A stretch of 64,000 bases of DNA. Origin: Ostrea edulis (Eukaryota). Shown here piece after piece: positions 13,445 through 26,083 of this stretch; position 1 is the stretch's first letter; each line of letters starts with the position of its first letter. Under the pieces are notes generated by a model that did no database searches, was not told where the DNA came from, and worked only from the letters and a program-made list of their open reading frames with translations. The translations under genes and the position numbers were made by a program. Where the stretch lies: the NCBI RefSeq assembly GCF_947568905.1, contig NC_079169.1:64728001-64792000 (forward strand). The letters run 5' to 3'.

Positions 13445-14209
13445 CTAAATAGTAAAACAGCTTGCTATATAGTATTACCTTGTCGAATGAAAGCTATTCA
13501 AAGCTTATCAAATAAACATGTTTGCGCATATGATAAAACTTATATATAATGCATTAGGCCTAAATATATAAAAGTTATAAGTACTTGGCCTACCCCCTCC
13601 CCCTAAAATGACATTAATCTTTTTTTAAACAAAGTTTCAATAATGTACATTCAAATTCAGTTTTATTAGATACAGTGTACTTAAATTATTTTACAACCAG
13701 CCTTTTTCGTACCTTGAGTGCAGAAAAGTTATCCATATATATACCAAAAATACGTGATGAAGGTAGTTGCAAATGGGAACGAGTCATGACAGGATTAGAA
13801 ACGTAAAATATCAAGAAAACAACGCGTCACACTGTTGTCTGAAAAGCTACAAATAAGCCACTCTGATATAACTTTCAAACATACATTCTTTATCTTCTCC
13901 AAAATTTGTTTGACTTGATAATGCTTTATCTTCAACAACTGTAATAAGTACAAAGAGATTGCCCGTTTAGTTTGCCAAAAAATCGAACAATATCATGGGT
14001 CCCATTTTATTACCATTTCTTTTCATTCATATCAAATTATATAGGGAATGCATGAAATTGTAAATTTAATCTTCAACCAAAGATATTATTTTCCAAACAT
14101 AGGATTTTTCTTAAAATTGTTTGATATAGAAATATTTGACATTCAATGGCTGTGTACAATATGAGAAAAACCGTCCTCTCAATTTAAAAAGAAAAGAAAA
14201 CACAGGACC

Positions 14210-15378
14210 AAGTCACTTATATCAGTCCCCCGACCCCTTCATCAGACTAAGTCTCTTAAATCAGTCCCCTGCCCCCTTCATCAGACTATCTCACTTATAT
14301 CAGCCCCCTTCATCAAACCATGTCACTTATATCAGCCCCCTCCATCAGACTATGCCACTTATATCAGCCCCTTCACCAGACTAAGTCACTTATATCAGTC
14401 CCCCGCCCCCTTCACCAGACTATGTCACTTATATCAGTCCCCCGCCCCCTTCACCAGACTATGTCACTTATATCAGTCCCCTGTCCCCTTCACCAGACTA
14501 TGTCACTTATATCAGTACCCCGCCCCCTTCACCGGACTATGTCACTTATATCAGTCCCCCGCCCCTTCACCGGACTATGTCACTTATATCAGTCCCCCGC
14601 CCCCTTCACCGGACTATGTCACTTATATCAGTACCCCGCCCCCTTCACCGGACTATGTCACTTATATCAGTACCCCGCCCCCTTCACCAGACTATGTCAC
14701 TTATATCAGTACCCCGCCCCCTTCACCAGACTATGTCACTTATATCAGTCCCCTGCCCCCTTCATCAGACTATCTCACTTATATCAGTCCCCTGTCCCCT
14801 TCACCAGACTAAGTCACTTATATCAGTCCCCCGCCCCTTCACCAGACTATGTCACTTATATCAGCCCCTTCACCGGACTATGTCACTTATATCAGTCCCC
14901 CGCCCCCTTCACCGGACTATGTCACTTATATCAGTCCCTCGCCCCCTTCACCAGACTATGTCACTTATATCAGTCCCTCGCCCCCTTCACCGGACTATGT
15001 CACTTATATCAGTACCCCGCCCCCTTCACCGGACTATGTCACTTATATCAGTACCCCGCCCCCTTCACCGGACTATGTCACTTATATCAGTCCCCCGCCC
15101 CCTTCACCGGACTATGTCACTTATATCAGTCCCCCGCCCCCTTCATCAGGCTAAGTCACTTATATCAGTCCCCCGCCCCCTTCACCAGACTAAGTCACTT
15201 ATATCAGTCCCCCGCCCCCTTCACCGGACTATGTCACTTATATCAGTCCCCCGCCCCCTTCATCAGGCTAAGTCACTTATATCAGTCCCCCGCCCCCTTC
15301 ACCGGACTATGTCACTTATATCAGTACCCCGCCCCTTCACTGGACAAAGTTACTTATATTAGTCCCCCGCCCCCTTCC
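14210..15378. repeat. 39-bp minisatellite, about 30 copies
   Basis: Unit ATGTCACTTATATCAGTCCCCCGCCCCCTTCACCGGACT. It explains the repetitive track ORFs in all three plus frames. Confidence 0.97.
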
Positions 15379-15421
15379 CACTTTCCTTATGACATGCATG
15401 AAAGTATGTAGGTGATGTATA

Positions 15422-16759
15422 CGAGGTCCTGTTCGATATGTAATGTGTATTGTACCACAGCGCAATAACGCTTTGCACGATTTCGAGGATGATGATACTT
15501 GTGAATAGCTCTATTCAATACCTTTCCAACGTTATAAACACGAGCCTTCAGCTCCACATAGTTTTAAACTGTTAGTCATTTCAATAAAGCCAGTCTTTGA
15601 CCACTGTTATAAAAATGGTTGGGAAACGGGTTGAGAATATTGAAGAAATTAGAGCTTATATAAAAGTTCGCACAAAACTCGGTCATTGGATAATGCAGAT
15701 TTTTACTGAATTGGGGGAAGTTTATGGGTCTGATAAGGTATCTTGTGAGACAGTTCGTAGGTGGAGAAAGAAATTTCTAGCTGACGCAGAGTCCGTCAAA
15801 GATGCAAAAAAATCTGGCCGACCTGTGGCTGTAACAGGCAAGGCAAATATCTCAAAAGTCAGGGAAATAATTGAAAGTGATGGCAGACACACGATTCGTG
15901 ATATTGCCAAAGCTGTTGGCATATCACTATCGCGGGTGCATTTCATTTTGAAGCGTATTTTGAAAGTACGAAAGATTTCTGCCAGATGGATACCTCATGT
16001 ATTGACAGATGACCAAAAACGGGCACGAGTACAAACCGCTAAGCAATTGCTCAGATTGTTTTCCAAATTCAATCAAAGACAATTTGCAAACATTGTTACT
16101 GATGACGAAACATGGGTTCACTAATTTCAACCAGTAAGACAAATTGGAAACAAAATATGGCTAACTAAACACGGTAGAATGCCCGTAGTTGCCAAAAGAC
16201 CCATAAGCACAAAGAAGGTTCTTTATTGCATATTCTTCTCATGTGATGGTATAGCAGTACAAATTCCGGTGCCGAAGGGCAAAATTGTTACAGGTCGGTA
16301 TTACCGAGATGTTATACTAAAAAAGCTTAAGAAATATTATCATAAACAACGCCCTGTGTCAGGATTTAGGCATGTTCGTCTACTTTATGATAATGCTCCA
16401 TCACATACATCTGAGTTTGTGAAGCAATTTTTGAAGTCGGAGAAGGTTACCGTCTTGCCACACCCACCATACTCTCCAGATCTAGCCCCATGCGATTTTT
16501 TCCTTTTTCCAAATCTTAAAAAGTTCTTATCTGGTCGTTACAAGTTCCGACAAGCCCTTGGCTCAGCCATCAGTCAGTGCCTCAGAGGTCTACCTAAATC
16601 AGCGTACCGTGACGCATTTTCAGAATCGGATTCAGAGATTAAAATTATGTATTTCAAACCGCGGAAAATACTTTGAAGGGATGTAATGTTCATTTCACTA
16701 TTTGAGTCGAATGCTTTTGAGATATCGTACAATACACATTACATATCGAACAACCCTCG
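15422..16759 (+). mobile_element. Full-length mariner element (DD34D), inactive
   Basis: About 33-bp TIRs CGAGG(TCC/GT)TGTTCGATATGTAATGTGTATTGTAC; TA flanks at 15420-21 and 16760-61. Confidence 0.95.
15615..16686 (+). pseudogene. Mariner transposase pseudogene
   Basis: Motifs ARWIPHVL, VTDDETWVH, LLYDNAPSH and YSPDLAPCDF (D34D). In-frame TAA at 16122-24 and a frameshift near 16620; the shifted frame gives IQRLKLCISNRGKYFEGM*. Confidence 0.93.
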
Positions 16760-17128
16760 TACAACTACTCACGGTATATTTGTGGGCCGAAACGTCTGGG
16801 TCGAAGTGTCCAACTTTTGGGCCGAAGTGTCTTTGGTCCGAAACGTCCGACTACCCATCAGACATATCATTAGTAGTGTAACTACACGTGTAAAATAAAC
16901 ATGTGTTTTAAATGCCTATACATGTATTAATTCTTTGAACAAAGATTATTGTGATTTTGAAATGTAAAACGTCAAAACTATTTTCGAAAACTATTTTTGA
17001 ATACCGATTTGGAAAAAAAAGTTGTTCATCTTATCGTTGTCTTATATTTACATTCTCTGTGTGTATTCTGTTTCGTTTCCATAGAAATCCATTATACTTG
17101 TCACTTGCAACTAAAAGGCACTTTTAAA

Positions 17129-17600
17129 GCCGTCTATTCGCGTGTGGATATATAGACCAGGGTTTTAGAGCCGTCTATTCGCGTGTGGATATATAGACCA
17201 GGGTTTTAGAGCCGTCTATTCGCGTGTGGATATATAGACCAGGGTTTTAGAGTCGTCTATTCGCGTGTGGATATATAGACCAGGGTTTTAGAGCCGTCTA
17301 TTCGCGTGTGGATATATAGACCAGGGTTTTAGAGCCGTCTATTCGCGGTGGATATATAGACCAGGGTTTTAGAGTCGTCTATTCGCGTGTGGATATATAG
17401 ACCAGGGTTTTAGAGCCGTCTATTCGCGTGTGGATATATAGACCAGGGTTTTAGAGTCGTCTATTCGCGTGTGGATATATAGACCAGGATTTTAGAGCCG
17501 TCTATTCGCGTGTGGATATATAGATCAGGGTTTCAGAGCCGTCTATTCGCGTGTGGATATATAGACCAGGGTTTCAGAGCCGTCTATTCGCGTGTGGATA
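17129..17600. repeat. 41-bp minisatellite, about 11.5 copies
   Basis: Unit GCCGTCTATTCGCGTGTGGATATATAGACCAGGGTTTTAGA. Confidence 0.97.
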
Positions 17601-19187
17601 CACATATTCCATGAACTCCGCAACCTATTTCGCGACATTGTTGAAATTGTTGGGAAACATGTTTTCTGATTTATATTTTATTTGACCTTTGATTTGAATT
17701 TAAAATGATAGATAACGCCCACCTATATCATGCGATTCTTTATCTTCAGTTGTCCTTCTTAGACTATTTCCCTTTACCATCATTCAGATATGGAAATCAT
17801 TATCAAATATGCATGTAGACAAGACAAGGAATAACTAACCTGTCAGTAATAATTTCTGTGGAAACGAGGGTGTTATTTATATTCAGTCTTTCGTATCGAT
17901 GCTGTGGGTTTGTATAAACAAAATCAAATTCTAATTTTAAAAAACTCGACATCTATGGGCAACATCATTTTCGTCCAAGTATTCCATCGCAGTAACTTGT
18001 GAATAGCGTGTAAATAAAAAAAATACAGAATTCAGGGGAAACTAACTACATTTTTAGTATCCGTCGTATGAAATACACTACCCTTTGGGTTTAACGCTAT
18101 ATTAGTTTTTACTTTATTAATAATCATTATCTATAGAGTTTGTTCGTGGTAACTGTGCTTCGATGAGTTTAACACTATATTAGTTTTCATTTAATCTATA
18201 GAGTATACTCTTGGTAAATGTGCTTCGAAACAATGTTAAATACAACAGTAAAGCCGTTGAAATTTTCCAACCTGAGATTCGAGAAAAACAAAGCGCCAGT
18301 TCTTAATTGGTATGTTCGATAAAGGTCTAAAAAGACAGTGAGGTGCTTGGCATTAAAATATTGAAAATCGGGTAGATTCTATGCAGTTGTAGATCTAGTA
18401 CATGTTTTGTATTTACAAATTGTAAGTAGGTGATTTTCAATGACAATGTGTTTGGGTGTGTTTTGTTGTTGTAATGTAAATGTCAAACCCGGGGATGCAA
18501 ATATTTATTGGCACAGATAGAATTATAGTACTTTGCAAAGGCCCAACATATCCATAATGTTCATCAGTTTACTCAGCATTAGATATTACTATAACAAGTA
18601 GACAGGTATGATTATATATAAATTGTATAAACATACATGTGTACATTTATATACACATATACATGTATATATTCTAGATCTATTTTTGTATAGCATTTCT
18701 AGATAAAATACATTTGTTGATGAATGAGTATGGTATTTTAAAGTAATTTTGGGGATTTACTATTAAAACAGAGCTTGACGTTTTGAATATGTTTGTATCC
18801 GGATGCAAATTGACAAGTTTTGATCCAATCATGTACTGGTCAGTTGCCAGGAGCTGTCAACAACACACTCAATCCTAATGGAGGACTCTCTGACTGATAC
18901 ATTCCCTGAAACACAATCCTGGTTCTAAATCAGGGAAGCCTAATACTCTACCTAGAGGACCATCTGTCCACATAATTTGTTTCCACACGATGCTTGACAA
19001 CCGCGATGTTTCACAGGTTTAATTAGTTGGTTTTTGATTCGTAATTACTCGAGGTGTATCAACCTCATTTCTGTCAATAAAATTACATTTAGATATGCCT
19101 GAAGTTTTATTAATTTTTATTCCGAGTAGATACAAAATAACTTAATACACCAAATCCTGGCAATCGTTCCACAGAGTTCGAAAAGTC

Positions 19188-21831
19188 ATGTCGAACACAA
19201 CCGACCAAGTATTTTTCCAGTTCACGATTAGGAACGAAATATATTCTGTTCTAACAGCACTGTCATCTTCATTGTCTATTTTGGGGGGTATTGGAATCAT
19301 TGCCATATACGTATGGTTTAGGATCTCCGCACCTGTGGGAGAGAGTTGTTGGTGTATCTGAGTCTTATGGACGTTTTAACCGCGTTTGGTAACATTCTTG
19401 GTGTTGTCTGGTTGCTCTGTCGAGCCGGGACAACCTGTCGTTCCGTGTACCAGAGCATGGACTTCTGTCGGCTTCACGCTATTATAACCATTTTTTCAAG
19501 CATTAGTTCTTTTCTTTGGATGATAATAATTGGTGTGAGTTTAATGAAGAGCATCCTGTGGAACGCGCCCTCGTTCGCTCGGACACATATGAAAGTATTC
19601 TACATTATTGCGTGGTCAGTTCCAGGTAAAGTGCAATTTTTCGTTTTCTTTACTTTATCATTTGTGTGTGTCTACATAGTCCTTTGGACTGTCGTAAAAA
19701 GTCAGGAATACCAGTATCATTTACATAGTTTATTGATGTGCCAACTCAAACTACAGGTACTAGATTTACATAGTTCATTGATGTGCCAACTTAAACTACA
19801 GGTACTAAATTTACACAGTTCATTGACTCAAACTACAGGTACTAAATTTACACAGTTCATTGATGTGCCAACTCAAACTACATCTTGCACTAGTACATGC
19901 GCAATTTGTATATCTTTGAAAACAGTCATTTCATATTTGAACTTCAGTCACATACATCCAAGAGTTTGCAATTTTAATAAGATATGTGTATTAGTTCGAG
20001 GAATTCTTCACTACTTTGTGAAAATGTTCTGTTATATTTTATTTTTTTTCTATCATGTTTGAATTTGTTTGTATTTACAATCATATAGTAAATAAAAAAA
20101 ATAGACATGTATAATAAAACACAATCGACGGTTGGATAAACACGAAAATACTTTATATGCATATTTGGTTTATTTTATCACCCACTGAGATGGTAACGTC
20201 AAAGTTATAATTATGTGCAATATTTTACTTTTTCAAGCTTGAATTTGCAACAGAATAAAATGATTACAAATTTCTTCGTTGAAACATTATCATGAAAATA
20301 TTTCACAAAAATAGAATGAAACACAACTTGCAGTCGCAGTGGCCCAGTGGTTAAATTGTTCGTTTCGTGACCGAGCCGGGATGTCGTGGGTTTGACCCCC
20401 TAATCGTACCTTGACCGGGTCAAACATGGGTAGTGGTTGATCCTTTGCCAAACGCTCGGCAATTAAAAGTGAACAATTTTGATTACTTATACCTTAAAGA
20501 TTATTTAGTACAGTTATTAAAATTATCATTTACAATTTTATTTGTTTATGAAAATTATTTCAAAGGTTGGCTGAATTCGAAATTTAGACTAAGTCTAGTC
20601 CTGAGACCCGAACTTGGTAAGCATGGTTAGCGACAATGGCGTTTTACAATCAAAAGAATATTACAGTTTGTCGTATCTGCTGTCAATTTACAAGGTTATA
20701 TGAATCTTCACGATATAGGGGGATTTAGCAGAATTATATTTCATTCCGAATGTAGAAGCCAGGTGTGTGTGTGCGTGTGTGTGATGCTATTCGATAGGTT
20801 TAATTTCTTCATGGAATGGTGCGGTATGGAGTATCATGACATGGTATGACACGGTGCGGTTTGGTATGGTATGACACGGTACGATATGTTAACTATGCTA
20901 TGCCATTTTATAGGACTGGTTGCCGTTTTGACCCTGTCACTGGACGTGATCGGTTACGACAAAAACATCGCCAGTTGGTGCTGGATTGATCCGAACACGC
21001 CTGCCATTTTATTCTGGCAGTTCTTTACCGGAAAGGCATGGGAGATGTCCGCCTACCTTCTGACCATAATCATGTACACTGTCGTCCGATGTTTCCTGCT
21101 CAAACATGCAAGTATAAAGGTGGAAGAGTGGTCCAGATCGGACTGCCGCGGTGGTTCAGTCAGTACTTCGTCAGCAGGATGTAGGTTTAAGACCAAGTCA
21201 TGACAAACCGAATGCATTTTAGAATATGTAGCAATAGTTCCTTAGCGAAGCCCTCGGCATCATAAGTTAAAGTCGAGTTTTTTGGGTTTTTTTGTTTTTT
21301 GGTTTTTTTTTTTTTAGATCCGGGGTCTTATAAGTCATGATCGCCATTGACACGATATAGATCAGACAAGTTTAGTGGGGATATGTTTTTTTAAAATACC
21401 CACCACTATTTTAAAAAGTTCGAGGTGGCGATGCAAGGATGTAGCGATACCAGACCTCAATTGTGCACACTGTAAATCGAAGATTTTTAAAAAATATAAA
21501 AATTAAGTATTGAGTTCGCAGTAACATTGATTGAAATCATTTCAGGCAAATAAAAGTTTAGCAAAAAGTAAAAAGAAATCTCGGAAGGCTGCTCTACAAG
21601 AAGCAAACCTCAAGCTAACGTTTGTCCCGGTTGTTTTCATCGTTCTCAGGGTGTGGGGGACGCTTCGATTTCTGCTGTATAATCTGGCTCATTATGACGC
21701 TCCATGGATATCGTACCTACAGGTCTGCGTAGCTAGTGTGAAGAGATAGAAGGTCCTGTATTCAAATCAAAATCGGTAAAAACAGAAACGCCGTTGTTGC
21801 AAAATCGCCAGGACACAATTTTTTGAGAATT

Positions 21832-21883
<52 letters not shown>

Positions 21884-22578
21884 ACAGCTTTATATTTAGT
21901 GCTGGTTTTTGTCAGGATTTTATTTTGTTTATACCCGTTTTTGCAAACCTTTTTAATTCATGGTGGGTTTTTAAATGTCCATTCTATATAAAGGTGGTGG
22001 CTAGCTAGAGTTTGTATTCATTCAAGATTTAATATCACAACTTTGTTCGATAGTAAAAGTAGCGAAGATTAAACTGCAGTAAAAATAAAGATAACTACAG
22101 TATCAAAACAGATCATCGGCCGTCATAGATATCTGCATGGATAAAAACCCACACGAGAAGGGGTTTATTCTGAATGGATAAAAACCCACACGAGAAGGGG
22201 CTTGTTCTGAATGGATAAAAACCCACACGAGAAGGGGCTTGTTCTAAACACAAATGAAAGTTCTCTATCGGAAAAGTGCAGTTTTCTTTATTAGACAAAA
22301 TGTGAAAGTACAACTATTTTTGCGGATTTTTTCAGGGCATCGGCGATAGTTCCCAGGGATTTGCCAATTTTATCCTTTACTGTGCGTTGACGGACAAGGT
22401 GAGGGGAAAGGTGTATTCTGTCGTTTGTCTGCGTCAGAAATTTGCACAGTCCACTGAGAATCCCCAACAACCCCGTACATCAGCTGTTGATACACTACCT
22501 TCTCCAAACACTGCTGCACGGACAGAAGTCAGTCGGACCACGCGCTTGTCATTTTCCGCAACCGGGTTAGGGAAATAG
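19188..22578 (+). CDS. GPR157: GPR157-like 7TM receptor (cAMP-receptor-like family); exons 19188-19625, 20914-21119 (or 21107), 21546-21722, 22336-22578; 1-bp frameshift near 19320
   Basis: Collinear with GPR157 motifs: WF.DLRTCGRELLVYLSLMDVL, IGYDKNIASWCWID, LFWQFFTGKAWEMSAY, LTFVPVVFIVLRVWGTLRF, GIGDSSQGFANFILYC. Intron phases 1, 0, 0 are compatible. The ATG frame and the rest of exon 1 differ by one base. Confidence 0.85.
19720..19882. repeat. 45-bp minisatellite, about 3.5 copies, in GPR157-like intron 1
   Basis: Unit TTTACATAGTTCATTGATGTGCCAACTCAAACTACAGGTACTAGA. Confidence 0.85.
20336..20475 (+). mobile_element. Degenerate tRNA-derived SINE 5' fragment
   Basis: A-box-like TGGCCCAGTGG and B-box-like GGGTTTGACCCC, followed by a body similar to the minus-strand SINE at 46050-46300. 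Confidence 0.6.
22137..22246. repeat. 37-bp tandem repeat, 3 copies
   Basis: ATGGATAAAAACCCACACGAGAAGGGG... starts at 22137, 22174 and 22211. Confidence 0.9.
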
Positions 22579-23146
22579 CCGAGTAGTTACGATTGGGACA
22601 GAAGTGTTAATTAAACTAAGCGAAGACTATCGAATTCATAAAGTACGCTTACTGCAAAAGTATGTTTTAAAAAAAATGAGTGGTTCTTTATACACTCGTC
22701 ACTAGTATTAGTATTATGTTATGGCACTGTCCGTGTCTGGCTGGCTGGTTGTCCGTCTGTCCGGTGTCATGTTTTCCGGACTTTTCCCGTAACATATGCA
22801 TGTACAACTTTGAAATTTAATCACAATTTCTCTCTCTAGAATTGTAGGAGTTTGCATTTCAGCTGGATTGGTCTATCCTTGACCTACTTTAGGGCTATAA
22901 GTAGGTCAAATAGTTTCTGGACTTATTTTCTTACAGATACAGATATTGCCCTGAAATTTACACGTAAGCTTCCTCTCAGAGGAGTACAAGTTCAGTTTTC
23001 ATTTCAGCTGGATTGGTCCGTCCGTCCGTGACCTACATTAAAACTAAAAGTAGGTCAACCAGTTTTCCGGGCTTTTTTCATTATGGATACATATATTGCC
23101 CTGAAATGTAGTCAACGGCTTCCTCTTGGAGGTTTACAAGTTCAGT

Positions 23147-24650
23147 GGTTCGATTCCATGTTAAGGAAAGCAATCCGAACTAGAAACACTCAAAAAGCAA
23201 TAAAATCAAAAAAAAAGGAAAAGCACTGGATAAATTATAGGAGAGTTCGAAATAAGGTCAATAACATGAAAAAACATGCTATTCTTAACTACTACAATAA
23301 CAACACATCTAAACGACCGCTCAAAAAATAATACTAAAATATATTGGAAATTAATTAAAGAGGTTTTTCAAGTTAAAGCAAATAATGATATTCCGCCTAT
23401 ACAAGTTATTTCCGATAATGGTATCAATATGCTAGCGTTTTCAGATAAAGAAAAAAATAGAAGTATTGAATAGATATTTTTCTTCAATATCAAATATCAA
23501 CGACACAGGCCAAAATCTACCAAACTTATACTCCTTATGCAATGACAGTCTTAATGATATTTTTATCGATCAAGAAGTTAGAGATATAATTTCCACTCTC
23601 CTCGTAAACAAGGCTTTTGGGCCCGATATCATACATGTAAGTCATAATAGAATACTGAAATTAACAATGCACACTATTTCTATACCACTCTGTATGCCTT
23701 TCAATAAATCTCTGCGTGAAAAATCCTTTCCAAGATGCTGGAAAGTGGCTCATGTTTTACCTCTTTTTAAAGAGGAAGACGCGTCTTTGTCATGCAATTA
23801 TAGACCAGTGTCCCTTTTAAGTTGTGTTAGCAAAGTTATGGAAAGAATAATTTTTAAACATGTATACAATTATTTTCACAAAAATAATCTATTTTACAAA
23901 TATCAATCAGGATTTTTGCCTGGTCATTCTACAGTTTTCCAATTACTAGAGACTTATCATAGCATTGTAAAAAGTATCGATGATGGAAAATCTTGTTGTA
24001 TGGTCTTCTGCGATCTATCTAAAGCATTTGATAGAGTTTGGCACAGAGGTCTTTTATTTAAACTACATACTTATGGATGGATGTAACTCACATGACAGCG
24101 ATCTGTTAGAGAAGGTCCAATTATATGCGGCACGAATTATGGCCTTCCTATACTAGCTTTTAGAGATTCAACTGGCTTCTTCAATTAAACAGTTTCGTAA
24201 AAACGTTAGCTCTAATATCAGCAATCCCCCCCCCCCCCCTGTATACTTTTCATATGGTTCTCGTCTGTTGAATATAATTCATACCAAACTGAGGCATATA
24301 TGTACATGTATTTTGAATTATGATCTTTATAAACGCAATATTGTTGATTCTCCATTATGTTCTTGTGGCATGCGTAAAGACGCATGTCTTATCTACTGAA
24401 TTGAATAATTGTATTTTCTCTTATGTTCAGACGTATGTTCATGAAACCAAAAGATTTGGTTGCTGATCATATCGTATTCCATTGTTTATCTATAGAACAC
24501 TTACCATTATGTATTCTGTGTATATTATTTTTAATGACAATTGTGTAACATGTATTAGATTATAAGGAGAAGAACTCGTAAGTTGTAAGAACTTGCTTCT
24601 GATCCTTTTGTATATATTATATACAATAAAATACGTTCAAATCAAATTAA
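23147..24650 (+). mobile_element. 5'-truncated, internally deleted CR1/L2-type LINE fragment
   Basis: Broken RT-region peptides WFDSMLRKAIR, KAFGPDII, WKVAHVLPLFK, NYRPVSLLSCVSKVMER, QSGFLPGHST, VFCDLSKAFDRVWH. TCAAATCAAA-type tail. 11-bp TSD ACAAGTTCAGT at 23136-46 and 24651-61. Confidence 0.9.
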
Positions 24651-25363
24651 ACAAGTTCAGTTTGAATTTCAGCTGGATTGGTCCGTCCGTCCGTGACCTA
24701 CATTTGGACTAAAAGTAGGTCAAACAGTTTTCCGGGCTTTTTTCATTACGAATACAGATATTGCGCTGAAATTTACACGTAAGCTTCTTCTCGGAGGAAT
24801 ACAAGTTCAGTTTGCATTTCAGCTGGATTGGTCCATCCTTGACCTACTTTTGAGCTAAAAATAGGTCAAAGTTTCCCGGTTTTTTTTTCATTACGGATAC
24901 AAATATTCATATTGCCCTGATATTTAGTCAAAGGCTTCCTCTCAGAGGAATACAAGTTCAGTGTGCATTTCAGCTGGATTGGTCCATCCTTGACCGACAG
25001 TACTTTAGGGGTAGAAGTAGGCCAAACAGTTTTCCAGATTATTTTTGGTATGGTCACAGTTATTGCTCTATTAGTCACAACCTCCCTCTCAGAGAAATAC
25101 GTAATCGGTTCACATTTCAAACATTTCAACTTAATTGGTGCACCATGACCTACTTTGGGGCTAAAAGTAGATCAAATGGTTTCCTTGGGTTTTTATCATC
25201 ATAGATAGATATTGCACAGACATTTTGTCACAACCTCACTCTCAGAGAAATACATAATCAGTTCACATGTCAGATGGTTTGGTGCACCATGACCCACTTT
25301 ATTAAAGGCTTTTCTATTCAGAATGTGTGTTGTATCAATTCAGAGTGCACAATATTCTTCCAG

Positions 25364-26083
25364 GTTGAATTTCACTGTCCGACGGACGTATATTGTACCG
25401 TTTGTTGAATTTCGCTGTCTGATGGGCGTATATTGTACCGTTTGTTGAATTTAACTGTCCGGCGGACGTATATTGTACCGTTTGTTGAATTTCACTGTCT
25501 GACGGACGTATATTGTACCGTTTGTTGAATTTCGCTGTCTGACGGACGTATATTGTACCGTTTGTTGAATTTCACTGTCCGATTGGCGTATATTGTACCG
25601 TTTGTTGAATTTCGCTGTCTGACAGGCGTATATTGTACCGTTTGTTGAATTTCACTGTCTGACGGACGTATATTGTACCGTTTGTTGAATTTCGCTGTCT
25701 GACGGACGTATATTGTACCGTTTGTTGAATTTCACTGTCCGATTGGCGTATATTGTACCGTTTGTTGAATTTCGCTGTCTGACGGACGTATATTGTACCG
25801 TTTGTTGAATTTCACTGTCCGATTGGCGTATATTGTACCGTTTGTTGAATTTCGCTGTCTGACAGGCGTATATTGTACCGTTTGTTGAATTTCGCTGTCT
25901 GACGGGCGTATATTGTACCGTTTGTTGAATTTCACTGTCTGACGGACGTGTATTGTACCGTTTGTTGAATTTCACTGTCTGACGGACGTATATTGTACCG
26001 TTTATTGAATTTCGCTGTCTGACGGACGTATATTGTACCGTTTGTTGAATTTCACTGTCTGACGGACGTATATTGTACCGTTT
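25364..26083. repeat. 40-bp minisatellite, 18 copies, derived from the HINE 3' terminus
   Basis: Unit GTTGAATTTCACTGTCTGACGGACGTATATTGTACCGTTT. Confidence 0.96.

Noticed and set aside
14320-15411. Long ORFs of 363, 261 and 101 aa (extensin-like SPPPP repeats)
   Set aside because: They are translations of a 39-bp tandem repeat open in every plus frame, with no splice or start context.
16099-16111. CTGATGACGAAAC resembling a hammerhead ribozyme core
   Set aside because: It encodes the mariner T-D-D-E-T motif; there is no stem II and no flanking helices or cleavage triplet.
19626-20062. C-terminal half of track ORF 19346-20062
   Set aside because: Intron read-through including the 45-bp repeat; GPR157 homology resumes at 20914.
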